Assembly (NCBI GenBank): GCA_002633005.1
Contig: NMRA01000190.1
Coordinates: forward strand, 372,001-436,000
Length of the DNA stretch: 64,000 bases
Source: Phoronis australis
Lineage: Eukaryota; Animalia; Phoronida
Reading direction: 5' to 3'
Shown here: piece after piece, positions 1 through 12,236 of the stretch
Layout: each line of letters begins with the position of its first letter
Position numbering within the stretch: the stretch's first letter is position 1
Notes under the pieces: generated by a model
Seen by the model: only the letters and a program-made list of their open reading frames with translations
The model's database searches: none
Told to the model about the DNA's origin: nothing
Made by a program: the position numbers and the translations under genes

Positions 1-585
1 CAATAAACCGGACAGGGTCCGCTTCAGCTGGCGCTTCGGCACTTCGGTTATCCGTCGGTGGGATAGCGCTTGGTATAGGTTTGGGTTATAACCAATCTGG
101 GGAAACTTAACATCTCAAATGCTTGCCTTGTGTTAGAACGAAGCACAACACCACACGCCAGACAGATGTTGAATAATCGAAGTGGCTCCATTGGCTTCTA
201 GAGAAAACATGGCTTTGCTGCCGTACCTAGCATTCTTGTTGTCCGAACTGTTTTTTATCATATAAAACATTACGATTTTAAGGACCCTGTTGGCAAATGT
301 GTACATTTAGCCAAATGTCTAGAAAACTGCAGAATTTAACTCAGCGAAAGAATACGTATTCTTAAAGCTGGTAAGTTTTGAGTCCCATTTTTAATAGCCC
401 CTCATGCAAAAGAGAAACGTTTAAAAACAATTTCTAAAAAAGAGAATAGTGCATGACTGTATGTTCCATATAAATCTGATATATGATATTACGAAGGGCC
501 CCATATAACTGCAATTATGTATATTTATGTTTACTTGAAACGTTAATTTATATCTTGCACAGAACTCGATGTATTTCCTATACAG

Positions 586-3500
586 TGATCAGTACCCCTC
601 GCAACCTACAACTTGCGAGTCTGACGACAAAAAAACCGCGTCATCGACATGGGCACACAGTAAAGGTAAGCCCGTCTATCGCGAAACATGTAGTGGCTAC
701 GAGTGGTAGAAAACCTGGTGTCAATGTCCCAAAAATGCGATTTATAGAAAAATAATTGACAAGAGTGTGATCTATGCATCAAATTTTCATTTATAAGCGC
801 GGAAGTATCCCATGCCTGCAGGGTGACAGAGTTTATTTCCTGTTTTCATTTAAAGAATCAAGGCTGAAAATGAACACATGTCAACTTCTACAGTTTTGAA
901 GGTCATGCTTCACTAATGTCTTCCTGGCGCGATTTAAAAACCCCGTTTTATTTCATTACTCAAGTGCTTCGCACATCATGTAGGAACATGCGTCTAAGTA
1001 CTAATATAGGCGCACCTTCTGTTCACATATAGTCTATAGAAGCGTATATCAGGTGTCCCAAAAAAGTGAGCCACTTTTCGTAGCCCGCTGGATTGCAATC
1101 AGGACTGGGCGGAGGCCATTCACCCTTTTTGGTGAATTTTGGTGTGGCCTCCTCCAGATGACCCAGGGTTATCTTGCTCGTGTGGGAAGGAGCCACATCT
1201 TGCTTAAACGCGTATTTGTTTCCAAGATGAATTCGCCTGCAATCCGGGAGAAGATTTTCATACAATAAATGCCTATAGCGTTGATTGTTAATCGGCTCTA
1301 TCAGCGTCAATAAAATGAATATTTTGTTTTTCCATCCCAGGATACTCCAGAGGAAACCATTACTTTTTTGGAAAATCTGGAAGTCTAGTGATAGAGTTCA
1401 AAAGGCTCAATCTCTCATGTTTGTTTCCCATAAAAACGATCGTTTTGACAAGTTTTAGCGATTTCTAGCCTAAAGTCTTTTCCATCAGCGAAAATGATTC
1501 TTTTCACATCAGTGGCTGAATAGCGGTCATGCAAGTATAGACATCGAGTTTTTCTTTTCCTCCTAATATTTTGATCTCTCCGTGATACCCACATTTTTGG
1601 ATGGTTTTACCTCCAATTTTCCGCCATTTTTTGTACAGAGGACTTGTAAATCGCTATTAAATGCTACTTCTCTCAGAGTTTTGTGATTCCCCGGGTTGAC
1701 CTCCTGGCATTGAATGAGTTCCTCAACACGATACTCGTTTTCTTTCTAACATGCAGACTTGGGTCTCCCACTGCCACATTTTCGGGCAACAGACCCTGTG
1801 TTGCGCATTTCAGCAATAAGTCTATTTACTCCACCCTTCTCCTGGGAACTCCCTCACGATTCTTCTTCCACTCCACCAAGTTTCTCCTTGCCGGTTTCAA
1901 TAATAAATTTTTCACGTACATTCAAAGGCATCCTTACAAACCAGGATATTGGACAGAATTGATTTGGATACAGATCTCACAATATAAAAACAACAGACTT
2001 GAGAACCAGGCATGTAATTTTTTTGACTGACAAATGCCAGCACAGCATGGACACGATGAAAGTCACAGTGATATGGCATTTTTCACCTTGTTGTATGGAA
2101 TTTCACAGCACTTCCATATTGTTTTATTTCCTTGAAATAGATTGTACACTTGTTGATGACACCCTGGTGATACAATGTAAAAAATTGACCGAATTCCTTT
2201 GGTCAATTGCTGAGAAATGACTAGTCTAAGTGCCAAAAAAGGCTCGCTTTTGGGGGCACCTGATATATGGCAGAGGCTTACGGTTACACTCAAAGATACC
2301 GCGGAGACTGAATGAAACAGAAGTTGTATCAAGTATGTCAAAATTAGTACGTTTGATATGATGCCAGTTAAAGTTATTTGTATTCTTACGCACCATTTGC
2401 TGGTCCCATCAGGGTTAGTAGATAATTCCGGGTTCGTCCCTTGGGCGGAACAAAGACCTTTTCATATCACGTGACGTGACAAACATATTTGGTGTAAAGA
2501 GACTAATAATTCTTACTTGTACCAATATTACTGTTACAGATGTCAATGTTAATTTGTATTACTCTTATTGTCACTCAGTGACTTTAATTGTTGTAAACCT
2601 GTATCGCAAATCGTTTTTTAAGTCTGGCCAGCACGCCACCTGTTGCCGCAGAGTAGCATTCACACATTCATGAGACGTGACAATTCCGCAACTCAAATGA
2701 ATGCGTACAATTAACGAAAGGTGATGAGTACTGCATGCGCTTTTTCGTGTAGGTTTTTCTGCATTTGATACGAAGACGGGGTTTTGGATGATACATTCCC
2801 TGCCAAACTTCCCGACAAATGAAAGCTACTGCTACCCACATTCGGGTTTAGCGAAAGCACAGACGTTTCTCTGCGTTAGCCTGGCTTACGAAGTACTGGA
2901 TACCTTTGGTGAGAACGTTAATTTCTGTTTCCAAAAAGGTTCATTGAAATTGTGAAATTGAATTCTAGAGATTACATTTCAGCTACCCAAATATCATTAA
3001 TGTCTTCATAACATTTCGGTAAATATTCTGAAACCATGTTCAGTTGACGTTAGCCGCAGGATTGTACCTTTTGAGGGTTAGGGGTAACATGCGCGCACCC
3101 AGGGGGACTGTTTGGCGAAGTGGGCAAAAAGGTCCGCCTCAGAGAAATAAAAACTCTGAAAAAAGTAGAGAACGAGACAAAAGTCCACTAAAAAGGCAGG
3201 AACTACCTAAATTCGGCGAATGCACAATTCATGACTGTGAGCGTATCCCGTTTTGTAGCAAAAGGTCCACATTCTCAAAAATTCGAGCCCCCCATTTTTA
3301 GGCTGGGTGCCCGCTTGGTTAAGTTAGGGTTTGGGTTGGGATTAGAACATAACCAGTTTAGTAGGAGAAAATTTGAAAATTTCCTATTTGGTACAATCCT
3401 ACGCCCTATTCAGCTGACGTATGATCTTAATGAAACGCTGCAATACCATTTCAAGCAATGAGGCTGACCAACATAAGCTGCTCCGGCAAATTGACTTAAC

Positions 3501-6500
3501 TTTCCTCCCACCAACTCGTCAATGAGCAGTACCCGTACTTACGATGAGTATCTGTGGCTGTTAGAAGTCTCTGTGTTTTACGTTGATGAATCTCTAATCC
3601 TATTTCGCAACTGATGACCTCATCTCTAAGTTTTAAGTTCTAATCATAATTTGTAAGCCGAGTTTCTGTAACAGTAAAACAAAAAACGTGGCGGCTCATT
3701 TGGAGTTTGAGATCTACCTCAATTTTGGAGATCAAGCCTTGGGCCATGATCGAGAATGTGATGTTGTCATATGGAGAAGGAATTCGCCTATACTGGACAA
3801 CAACAGTGAGAGAGTACAAACCAGTTGCTTTAAAAACGTTCGAATGTTAATGCAAGACGCAGTGACTTTCATACCCAATTGATCTCATGTATCGTAGGAG
3901 AAACGGGACTACTTACAGGACACGATTCCACAGCCGTGTCTTTATGTTATGTAGGAGCTTATCAACAAGACTATGCAATTAACCAATTATCTACAAAACT
4001 ATCAATTTAACTCAACAAAAGTATACATTTTCTAAAAGTAGAAATTGCGTAGAATTTGATTTTTGACTTTATGCCTATCTGCTATTATTAACTCGCGTGA
4101 CCGTACTTTTTATCACAATTTAGAGAAAAGAAAGGTACATTCATAGCAAAACAACAGGATCAATAACACGAGCAAATTTCGCATGATGTAAATATTCAAG
4201 ATAAAATCTCGTAAATGCTGTTACGGTTTTCTAAATCATCGTTTCGTTTTGGTTTTATACGACATTAATTTTTTATATAAAAATCATAGAAATCCGTATT
4301 TTTGATATCCTTTCATGCAAAAGTGGAACATTTTAAACACATCTTATTTTAATAAAATGTAGTAACTGATCCATCCAGGAAAGTTCGTCGCACTTGAATT
4401 AAATCTAGTTTGCTGAACAATACTCACAAAATTAAACTCCAAGAACATAGGCAACATCACTCCTCCTTCAAAGGGAAGATGGTACTGGTACTACTCGCTG
4501 GTTCTGGTTCCCTACGCACTAGCCAGCACGCAGGTATCACGCAGTGGCACGCGCTTTAGCACTGGTTGTTGTAACCTTAGCGGTCATTGGTTAGCTTTAC
4601 AACACCGTAAAAAATGGCGGACTGTGAACGATTTTTAGCCTTGTCCTGCAAGTGGCGTCGCAGCAACTATTTCGTTTCTGCAGCGATGTTTAATAGCCGC
4701 GTGCTTGAAGCACATACATGTACAATAAACACATATCTGGCCGACTTAACCGGTGTCTTATTCATACTATGAATACAGGACAGTATCGTAAACGAAAGTC
4801 ATCGACAGCAGAAAGATGCACTCCGAAAAGGCGCAACGTCAACCGGGATTCACATGGCTGAACATAAATTTTAAGCACCGATTTGTCTGTACAGCAGAAC
4901 ATATTTACACTTCAGTCCATCAGTCATGCCAATTTGTTTGCGTAAAGCGCAGCCTGTTGAGAATTCGACTAGCCAATCAGAAACGCCAGTGCAAAAAAAT
5001 TTCCCGAGGAAAATTAATAAGTGATACCTGCGTACTGGCTACTGACCACCTGGCGGCACGCATGGAACCAGAGAGGATGGTACTGAAGATTGGAGGGAAC
5101 CGTCGCCTCTCGCTTTCTCACAAGATCACGTCTGGTTAGCAACCTCACGTAACCTCTCATCCCAAGGAGGCGACACTTTGAACCGAGCCCCACCTAGCTT
5201 GTTAAGTGGGAACTTGACTGATTTGGTGAACAAAAGCTCCTGTGAACGATTGCATGAAACAGTCCCTAATACGGACTCAGCTGAGGTTCCTAAATCTTTT
5301 GCATATTTGTGTCGTTTTTTACTCCCAGATGTAATATTTTTTCTATCATTGTATCTTTATTATGAGCTCCCCTTTGACTAATGACATTAATTTTGTTATA
5401 AGATACTCTGAACCCTTAATTCATTGAAAACAAAAAGGAACTTAATCCTTCAATTAGGAGCGTTGCATGAAAAGATGCCTACTTATTTTCAATGATATTG
5501 AGAATTCAACGTGGAATTCACTCTCGCTTTGCATCAAAGCCAAAAATTGACTTACTAATGAAACCAAAACAGTATAAGAAACGACATTCAGTGTTTTCAC
5601 AAGTCCACAAGCATGCATTAGATTTAGGGACCTTAGTTGTCTCCCTATTTGGGACTGCTTCATGCAAAGGGGCACTGAACACTTCTCTGAAACCATTTTT
5701 TGTGCAGGATCTCGACATTGTTATTTTTAAATTCGTGACCTGCGTCCTGGAGGTGATTAAAACAGCAAACGACACACCCTCACCAGCAGCCCTTCTATGT
5801 TGATACATACGCTTTTAACGGTTGTACTGGTTCTCCAACATACATCGCCTCGCAGTTCTCTCCCTCATACTGAACAGCAACTAACGTCCGTCAACGGTGA
5901 CATCGTTTCCGTACATTAAAGGTGTGTTGGAGAAGCTGCTGTTTTAATCACCTCCAGGACACATGTCACGAATTTAAAAATGAAAAAGAAAAAACTGGTT
6001 TCAGAGAGGTCTCCAGGAGGCTTTGGTCATCAAATCACTCGATTCCTCACTTAACATGCAAGGTGGAACTTGGTTCAAATTGTAGTCTGCTTGGGATGAG
6101 AGTTTAAGTGAGGTCATAGATTATAGACAACAGTCTATGGTGAGGTTGCTAACGAGACGAGATCTCTTGAGAAAGCACGAAACAACGTTCCCCGCTAATC
6201 TTCGGTACCACCTTCCCTTTGAAGGAGGCGTGATGCCTCCGAGATTCTTGTCCAGCACACCAGATTTAATTCGAGTACAATACCTTACTATAGCGATTTG
6301 GAGAATCCGATCAGCCTTTCCTGAGATATGGTGTTCCTAAGTTGGCCAAAATTGGAATTTTTCTAGGGTTCTACACAATCTCAACGCAGATCATCACAAT
6401 TGTCTTGAGCATAAATTGGTTTCTGGTCACATGTGTATTTGTTTTCATTTATTCAGGACGACAGCTCAAACAGAATCGCCCGAAAATATACGCCCATCGT

Positions 6501-8291
6501 TATCCCACGGCGTTTGCAGAAGACGAAAAGAATGGTCATATGAACGACTTGATGAAGGACCCGGATGAAAACTGGAAACTGGACGTCGACAGTCGTGTAG
6601 TGGAAATGACGTCACTTGGTGGCATATCGTTTACCAACTTTGCAAAATCAGGAAAACCGGAAAATGGGTTAGGTATGATGTGGAAATTTTGAAATGCTTT
6701 AAATCATTCCGTACACGTAGAAACGTGTATTGGGCTGAATTCTGAAAGTTCAACCTGTGCGTAATCTGTGTGCAATGATAACTGTGTAGCCATTTCCAGA
6801 TATAGTTTTCAAAATATTTAAGGTCTAAGCTGTTTACTAATTGGGTTGTCAATCAATACTTAAAAGACAGTGGCTTTACTTATAATAGCAGTCTTTGTCT
6901 CATCGCGCTAAGAAGACGTGGCAGTCTAAGAATTTACAAATGATTATAACAATGGTTATTTCATATGAAGGGTTATCTGTCCCTTAATATGAATCTTATA
7001 GCATCTTTTTGTAGCAAATTAAGTAGAAACTTTCGTTGTTTAAGGGTGATAAAAGCAGAACTTGCCTTAGAATAGTATAAAATAATGTAAGCCTACCCAG
7101 ATACGAAAGTCAGAATCACAAGCTTACTCACTTAATTTTCGAGCTCCCAGCTCTTGAGTTTAAATCATAACTCTGAAACCAACTACTTCTTACATGTTAT
7201 ATTTTATCGATTTCATTTACCTGTCATTGTTGCTTTTTGGTGCCTAAACTTGATCATTACTTTCAGACTTGTACAAGGATTTGGTTGCTCCAACGTTTCA
7301 GTGTAATTTGCACGTGCAGTCCTGGAAGGGAACCTCCAGTCCAATGGACTCCTTATGCGAAGACGGAATCTTCACGGTATTAAAATCTTTAACATAAACT
7401 AATCTATTACTCTTGGGGCAACTCTATTGAAAACGTTTATTAAAGGGAAACTCAAATTTTAATGAACAGCGTCCGGTGGTCTCCTGTCACTTTGGTGACC
7501 GCATCAAAATATTCTTAAGGTCTCGGTATCACTGAGGAAACATTACAATCATTCATTAAACAGTGTTATTTTTTAACAAAAGTTCTTTCGCTTGCTTATA
7601 GGTTGAGAACGTCAAAAGTATAAAGTTTGGCGAGCTTGAAATTGATTCATATAAACGAGAAGATCATTCCAAGTGGACAATAACGGAGGAGGTTACATGT
7701 GCGGACAGCTGGGTATGCGTTGGGGACATCAACAGAGAGGTTAGTATTGGTTGCGACTGTGTGAAATGCATTCTTCATTACGTTTTCAAGTCTAGAAAAC
7801 CTACGGATAGGTGCTGACGTCAGCAGATATTGTCGGTCACTTAACGTTTTTAAGACATGAGAAAACGTAACGGTAAGATCATGTCTAGTGATAGAAAGCC
7901 AATATAAACTAAGTGCTATTCCTCGTGAACTTTAAGACTGTTTGGTTTTGGCAATTTCGTCGTGTAGTTCGTTAATGTTGAAACTTGTGAGAATTTAAAT
8001 TCCGACCACCTTCATAATGTGATAAAAATCCCTATTTTTGGTCTACTGACTGTTTATTTCCACGAGTCCACAAGGGCGGAACTTTTGATTTCTTTTTCAT
8101 TTCAGGAATCTCAGCGAAAGCGAGGTGGTGGTACGATGTGCTTCAAGCAGCCTGTTGTGCACAGCCAGTTCAACACTATAGTAACAGACCTGGAAGATTG
8201 TGACGAACAGATAGAAGACAACGATAAAGTGAAATTCGACCCAGACACTGATGACATCCATTTGATGCATGCGAATCATGATGAATTCTAA
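586..8291 (+). CDS. DNASE2: Deoxyribonuclease II (acid DNase / plancitoxin family), 5'-incomplete, spliced
   Basis: GT-AG exons 586-665, 2753-2908, 6457-6672, 7267-7376, 7602-7739 and 8106-8291 join in frame. They encode DQYP...AHSKG (first HxK site), GFWMIHSLPNFP, QTFLCVS, SLGGISFTNFAKS, DLYKDLVAP, DHSKW (second HxK site), WVCVGDINR and QRKRGGGTMC, all DNase II hallmarks. N-terminal exons were not resolved. Confidence 0.93.
1049..2263 (-). mobile_element. Decayed, internally deleted Tc1/mariner-superfamily transposon (maT/DD37D-like) in a DNase II intron
   Basis: Terminal inverted repeats (TIRs) TCAGGTGTCCCAAAAAAGTGAGCC (1049) and GGCTCGCTTTTGGGGGCACCTGA (to 2263) are flanked by TA. Broken minus-strand frames read RKCGSGRP, IIFADGKDF, NRQNDRFY, KVMVSSG, FKQDVAPSH and WPPPSPDCNP; the frame is truncated before the last catalytic residue. 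Confidence 0.85.
3054..3405. mobile_element. Short non-autonomous element with short TIRs and GGTTAGGG-like internal motifs
   Basis: GCAGGATTGTACC near 3056 is inverted with GGTACAATCCTAC near 3390; GGGTTAGGGG and GTTAGGGTTTGGGTTGGG occur internally. Confidence 0.4.
4494..5075. mobile_element. MITE, long member of the CTCGCTGGTTCCC family
   Basis: The ends CTCGCTGGTTC...CCCTACGCACTAGCC and CCACCTGGCGGCACGCATGGAACCAGAGAG match the element at 10926-11001. GATGGTACTG occurs on both flanks. Confidence 0.75.
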
Positions 8292-8789
8292 ATCATACAT
8301 TGGTGTCTGTACATATACGTTGAAAGTGTAATGTCCAAAACGCACGTGTACAAGTTAGACATAACATATGTTTTTAGCGTCGTCATTGTGTGTGCAAAAT
8401 TTCTCTTTTCACCGTTTTTAAAATGCTCTTTGTTTCTCATTTATTCCGCTGAGAGCAAACAAACAGCTTGAAACAGCTTGTCGTATACTGAGTATGTAGC
8501 TTCTGGTTTATACATTTAACAGCTCCTTATTTTGTAGGTTTATTTTATGCCTATATTTAGCAATGGTTAACATCAATAAATACACAAAACGTACCGAGAG
8601 TGGCGTAGATGAAGTAATATCCCACGAGACATTATTCCGCATATATATTGTTTTTTTTATATGTTTGCCTCTATATCTTAGGAGTTCGTTAGCTTATTTT
8701 CATGAAATTTGGCAAATAGTTATGTTTTGAAGAGATGACGCCTCCTTCTCAATTCATCGGCTTAATTTGAATTCTGCTGTACTAGCAAA

Positions 8790-10691
8790 TCACGATATGT
8801 CCATCGGCTCAAACAAGAACTTGATGTCTGCTTCCGTTAATTTGTTATTAATCACGTTTTCGTTCAAGATGTCCTTTGCCATTTCCAGCTTTTGCTTCTG
8901 CAACTCCTTAATTTGTTCCTCAATAGTGCCCGAACAAAGGAAGCTATGAATGAACACATCCTTTGTTTGGCCCAGACGATGTATTCGATCACATGCCTGT
9001 TGTTCTACCGCAGGATTCCAGGACAGGTCAAGTAGAAAGAGTTGGTTAGCACCCATTAAGTTCAGTCCGACTCCACCAGCGCGTAATGATAACAGCATTA
9101 CAGATGGCCCAACTGAATTGCTATTAAAATTTTTAACAATACGCATCCTGTCGTTTACAGGTGTTTTGCCATCTAATCTACAAAATGAATGTCTTTCCTT
9201 GGTCAGGTGATATTGAAGGATGTCGAGAAGCTTTGTCCATTGAGAAACCACAATACTCTTTGTGGGTTGACTGCTTTCTCCATCATTGCGTAACCTACGC
9301 AACTCTGCCATGAGAACTTTTATTTTGGAACTTTCGTATTCTTTTTCAAATGCAGATATGTGGCTTGCATTCCTCGAGACTGCTTTGCATTGTGTTTCAC
9401 TCCCTATAGTCAAATCTTGCATACGATCTTCTAAAGATCTGTCTACGTCTTCATGTAGCTCGTCGTATTCAATCACCTCTTTCAATAGATTGGGATGAGT
9501 ACAACATTGTCGAAGACGTAGCAGTTTAACAAAGTGTGTTGTAAACCAGGCACGTTTGCTTGGTTGACAAACCCCCTGCATGACGCTGTTGTAAATTGCC
9601 TTCTCGGTATTAGAAAGCTTTAAATCATGCTCGATCCAGTGTCTTTTCGTTAACATTAGTTCGATTTGAGGGTCACTCTTCGTCCTCCTGAGCACGAGAA
9701 GTTTTGCAAAAGTCTTTAAAAATGTGTGATTTTCGCAGCATTCCTTCATGAAACTGTTACTTATATCAGGCAAGTGCATCAGATAGATCAGCAAAGAAAC
9801 TAAATCAGACTCATAATTTTGAATGGGAGTACCTGTCAGGGCCCAACGATACCTAGCCTTTAATTCAAAAACATTTCCGGCTGTGGCCGTCTTCGGATTC
9901 CTTATGGTGTGTGCTTCATCCAGAATTACTCGATCCCAATCAACTCTTTGTAGGAAAGAATCGCGAGTTCTAAGAATTCCGTAAGTTGTCAACACCAATT
10001 CATTTTCAGTAGGGGTCGACTGCTTTCGTCTTGGTCCATGATAAATGACAACTCTTATTTCGTGTAATTCACTATGTTCAGCAACTTCATTCTCCCATTG
10101 GTGGATGATCGATGCCGGAACAACAACAAGAGTAGGTCCGCAGCCTTTCCCATTGTGTTTTTGATGAAGCAGCAGCGCTATGGCAGTAACTGTCTTACCA
10201 AGTCCCATGTCGTCAGCTAAAATTCCTCCTGGAGGATTCTGTTCCTCTCGCCAAGCCATCCACTTGAGAGCACTAATCTGGTGAGGCCATAGACGAGATT
10301 TTAATCCCTGAAGACGATCTGGTATGGTCATCGAATCCGCACATGATCGTCGCTCAAGTTGAGCAAGGAACGACCTTTCAAGCTCTGCTTTTAACAGGAT
10401 TGGTGAGGGAGGATGTTGGGTTGAAAAGTCCCCAGGACCGATATGACCCGGGAGTGTCGGGGTGAAGAGGTCAGTCTTTACGTCGTAATGAGGAGTCTCT
10501 GTCGATGAGACAGCGTGCCGGGGCGAGGAATTCACACCAAAGCCTCTCAAACATCTGGTCCCTTCCAACTCTTTTAGCTTTCGTTCAAAAAACTTACGCG
10601 TAGTGTCGGTTATCACTGCATCAATACCGTGGCCTCGAAGCCTAAGTCTCAAGTCTCCATCACGGGGATTAGGCCCACGTTTCGGCGGCAT
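8790..10691 (-). CDS. Intronless TTF2/Lodestar-like SNF2-family ATPase with an N-terminal LEM-like domain (633 aa)
   Basis: Single ORF with all SF2 motifs: WMAWREEQNPPGGILADDMGLGKT, VVVPASIIHQWENE, VILDEAH, WALTGTPIQN, LLRLRQCCTHP, KSIVVSQWT, LLSLRAGGVGLNL and WNPAVEQQACDRIHRLGQ. It has a TTF2-type C-terminus (KLTEADIKFLF) and no RING insert. The N-terminus DGDLRLRLRGHGIDAVITDTTRKFFERKLKELE resembles a LEM motif. Confidence 0.93.
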   Translation of the reverse strand: MPPKRGPNPRDGDLRLRLRGHGIDAVITDTTRKFFERKLKELEGTRCLRGFGVNSSPRHAVSSTETPHYDVKTDLFTPTLPGHIGPGDFSTQHPPSPILLKAELERSFLAQLERRSCADSMTIPDRLQGLKSRLWPHQISALKWMAWREEQNPPGGILADDMGLGKTVTAIALLLHQKHNGKGCGPTLVVVPASIIHQWENEVAEHSELHEIRVVIYHGPRRKQSTPTENELVLTTYGILRTRDSFLQRVDWDRVILDEAHTIRNPKTATAGNVFELKARYRWALTGTPIQNYESDLVSLLIYLMHLPDISNSFMKECCENHTFLKTFAKLLVLRRTKSDPQIELMLTKRHWIEHDLKLSNTEKAIYNSVMQGVCQPSKRAWFTTHFVKLLRLRQCCTHPNLLKEVIEYDELHEDVDRSLEDRMQDLTIGSETQCKAVSRNASHISAFEKEYESSKIKVLMAELRRLRNDGESSQPTKSIVVSQWTKLLDILQYHLTKERHSFCRLDGKTPVNDRMRIVKNFNSNSVGPSVMLLSLRAGGVGLNLMGANQLFLLDLSWNPAVEQQACDRIHRLGQTKDVFIHSFLCSGTIEEQIKELQKQKLEMAKDILNENVINNKLTEADIKFLFEPMDIS

Positions 10692-10925
10692 ATTTTGATC
10701 AGGCTGACAGGAATTTTACAGTTGCTGTGTCAAATCAGCATCCCGAGACATTTGGAAGTAAAAATACAAAATATTTCCGATAAGATTTCTAAGAAAAGTG
10801 GTTGCGTTTAGTAACGCTAGGACCTAGATGAAATCTAGCGAAAGTCACGTGTTCTCATTTACGACAATATCTCACATAATCTCGCGAACTCCTGCTTTTA
10901 GCGAGGTCCTTGCGTTACTGAACGG

Positions 10926-11001
10926 CTCGCTGGTTCCCTGCGTGCTTAGCCTTGCTGGCGCGGCTACCGCCCCACCTAGCGGCACGCAGGGAACCAGCGA
11001 G
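10926..11001. mobile_element. 76-bp hairpin mini-MITE with a 10-bp TSD
   Basis: Perfect 20-bp TIR CTCGCTGGTTCCCTGCGTGC / GCACGCAGGGAACCAGCGAG, flanked by TACTGAACGG at 10916-10925 and 11002-11011. Confidence 0.9.
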
Positions 11002-12236
11002 TACTGAACGGAGGACTGTGACAATATTTACGCGATCAAGACGGAACGGTCGGCTCACCGGTCCAGGACTTACACAGAGATTCACATCCGGCGGTGCTGT
11101 AAGATAGGTTTTGGATTGTAACCAAACGTTTTTTTATGAAATTTATAAAATCAATAGGTGACTCAAAAAGTGAACACAGGAATAGAGAATTTAGTATACT
11201 TCGGCAGTAAGAAGTTATCTAACAATCAATGTCGTATCGCAACTTTTTAACTAACTTTACACCAAGAATAGAGAATTTGTCTGCTTCCTGGGCAGAGCTA
11301 TTCTCATGGCGGGAACTGTGTCAATCACGTGTTTCCATGTTGAAATACTCTCAAAAATGTTGAACCTTTGCTTGTTACAGAATTATATTCTTTCAAGTCA
11401 AGTATGGCTGAAAAACTTTTAGTAGATGCAGCTTTTTATCGTTTTACAGTATTACTTATGGTTAAGTCCCAAGACCAATTACATTTATGAAAAAAGCAAC
11501 ATGAATAATAAATGGGTCAACCAATCAAAATGACCGTTTAGTAAGTGACTCGGGTAGCTTTTACGTCATCGTCATCTTTGTTCCACGTTGGGTGATCTGG
11601 CTACCGGCTGCCTCTGGAAGACGTGATTATCTCCACTTTCATACCCAATTTTATTGTGGGATTGGTCACCGTTTAACTGCAGTGTTCACCAGATCATTTT
11701 TTCGAGAAAGTTTCCCTGGTTACCTTATTAGAAATCACTCAACAACAAGACGATGATAGCAGATACGGCCGTCTTTCCAAGCGGGTAAGGCAAGGTTACC
11801 TCACGTCCTCCGACTCAGTCTCTGACTCTGGGCTCGGGAAGAATTGACAATTAACTATTTTTTCATACTTAAGTCATAAAATTTGAGTGAGGTTACGACG
11901 ACCATGCATTGAAAACTCTAGACAATACTCAGCTCTTAAACAGACCAACTCGACTATGAAAGTGTGCGTAAATGCCGTTGCGTTCAGTTCACATTAACTA
12001 AGTTGAGATTGGTGTGCTTTAAGCAACTTAATAGCCAATACTCAGCTCTTAAACAGTGCCGAAGATCCACCTGAGGACTTGGTGAAATGGGTATAAACCA
12101 AAAGAATGGTTGGAAAATTCGTGTTCAGTGTGTTAGTACTAACCAAAACAAATTCCCTTGATACGTTTGGAAAACCGCAAACGGCCTTACTTGTTAGTGT
12201 TATGTTTCGCCTCGTGAAACCGCAAACGGCCTTACC

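Noticed and set aside
333-370. Candidate upstream DNase II exon (CAG...CTG|GTAAG)
   Set aside because: The phase needed to join exon 586 contains a TAA stop.
8790-10691. Calling the SNF2 ORF HLTF/Rad5 or the bona fide TTF2 ortholog
   Set aside because: There is no RING or HIRAN domain, so it is not HLTF/Rad5. It lacks the long GRF-finger N-terminus and introns, so orthology to TTF2 is unproven and the symbol is left blank.
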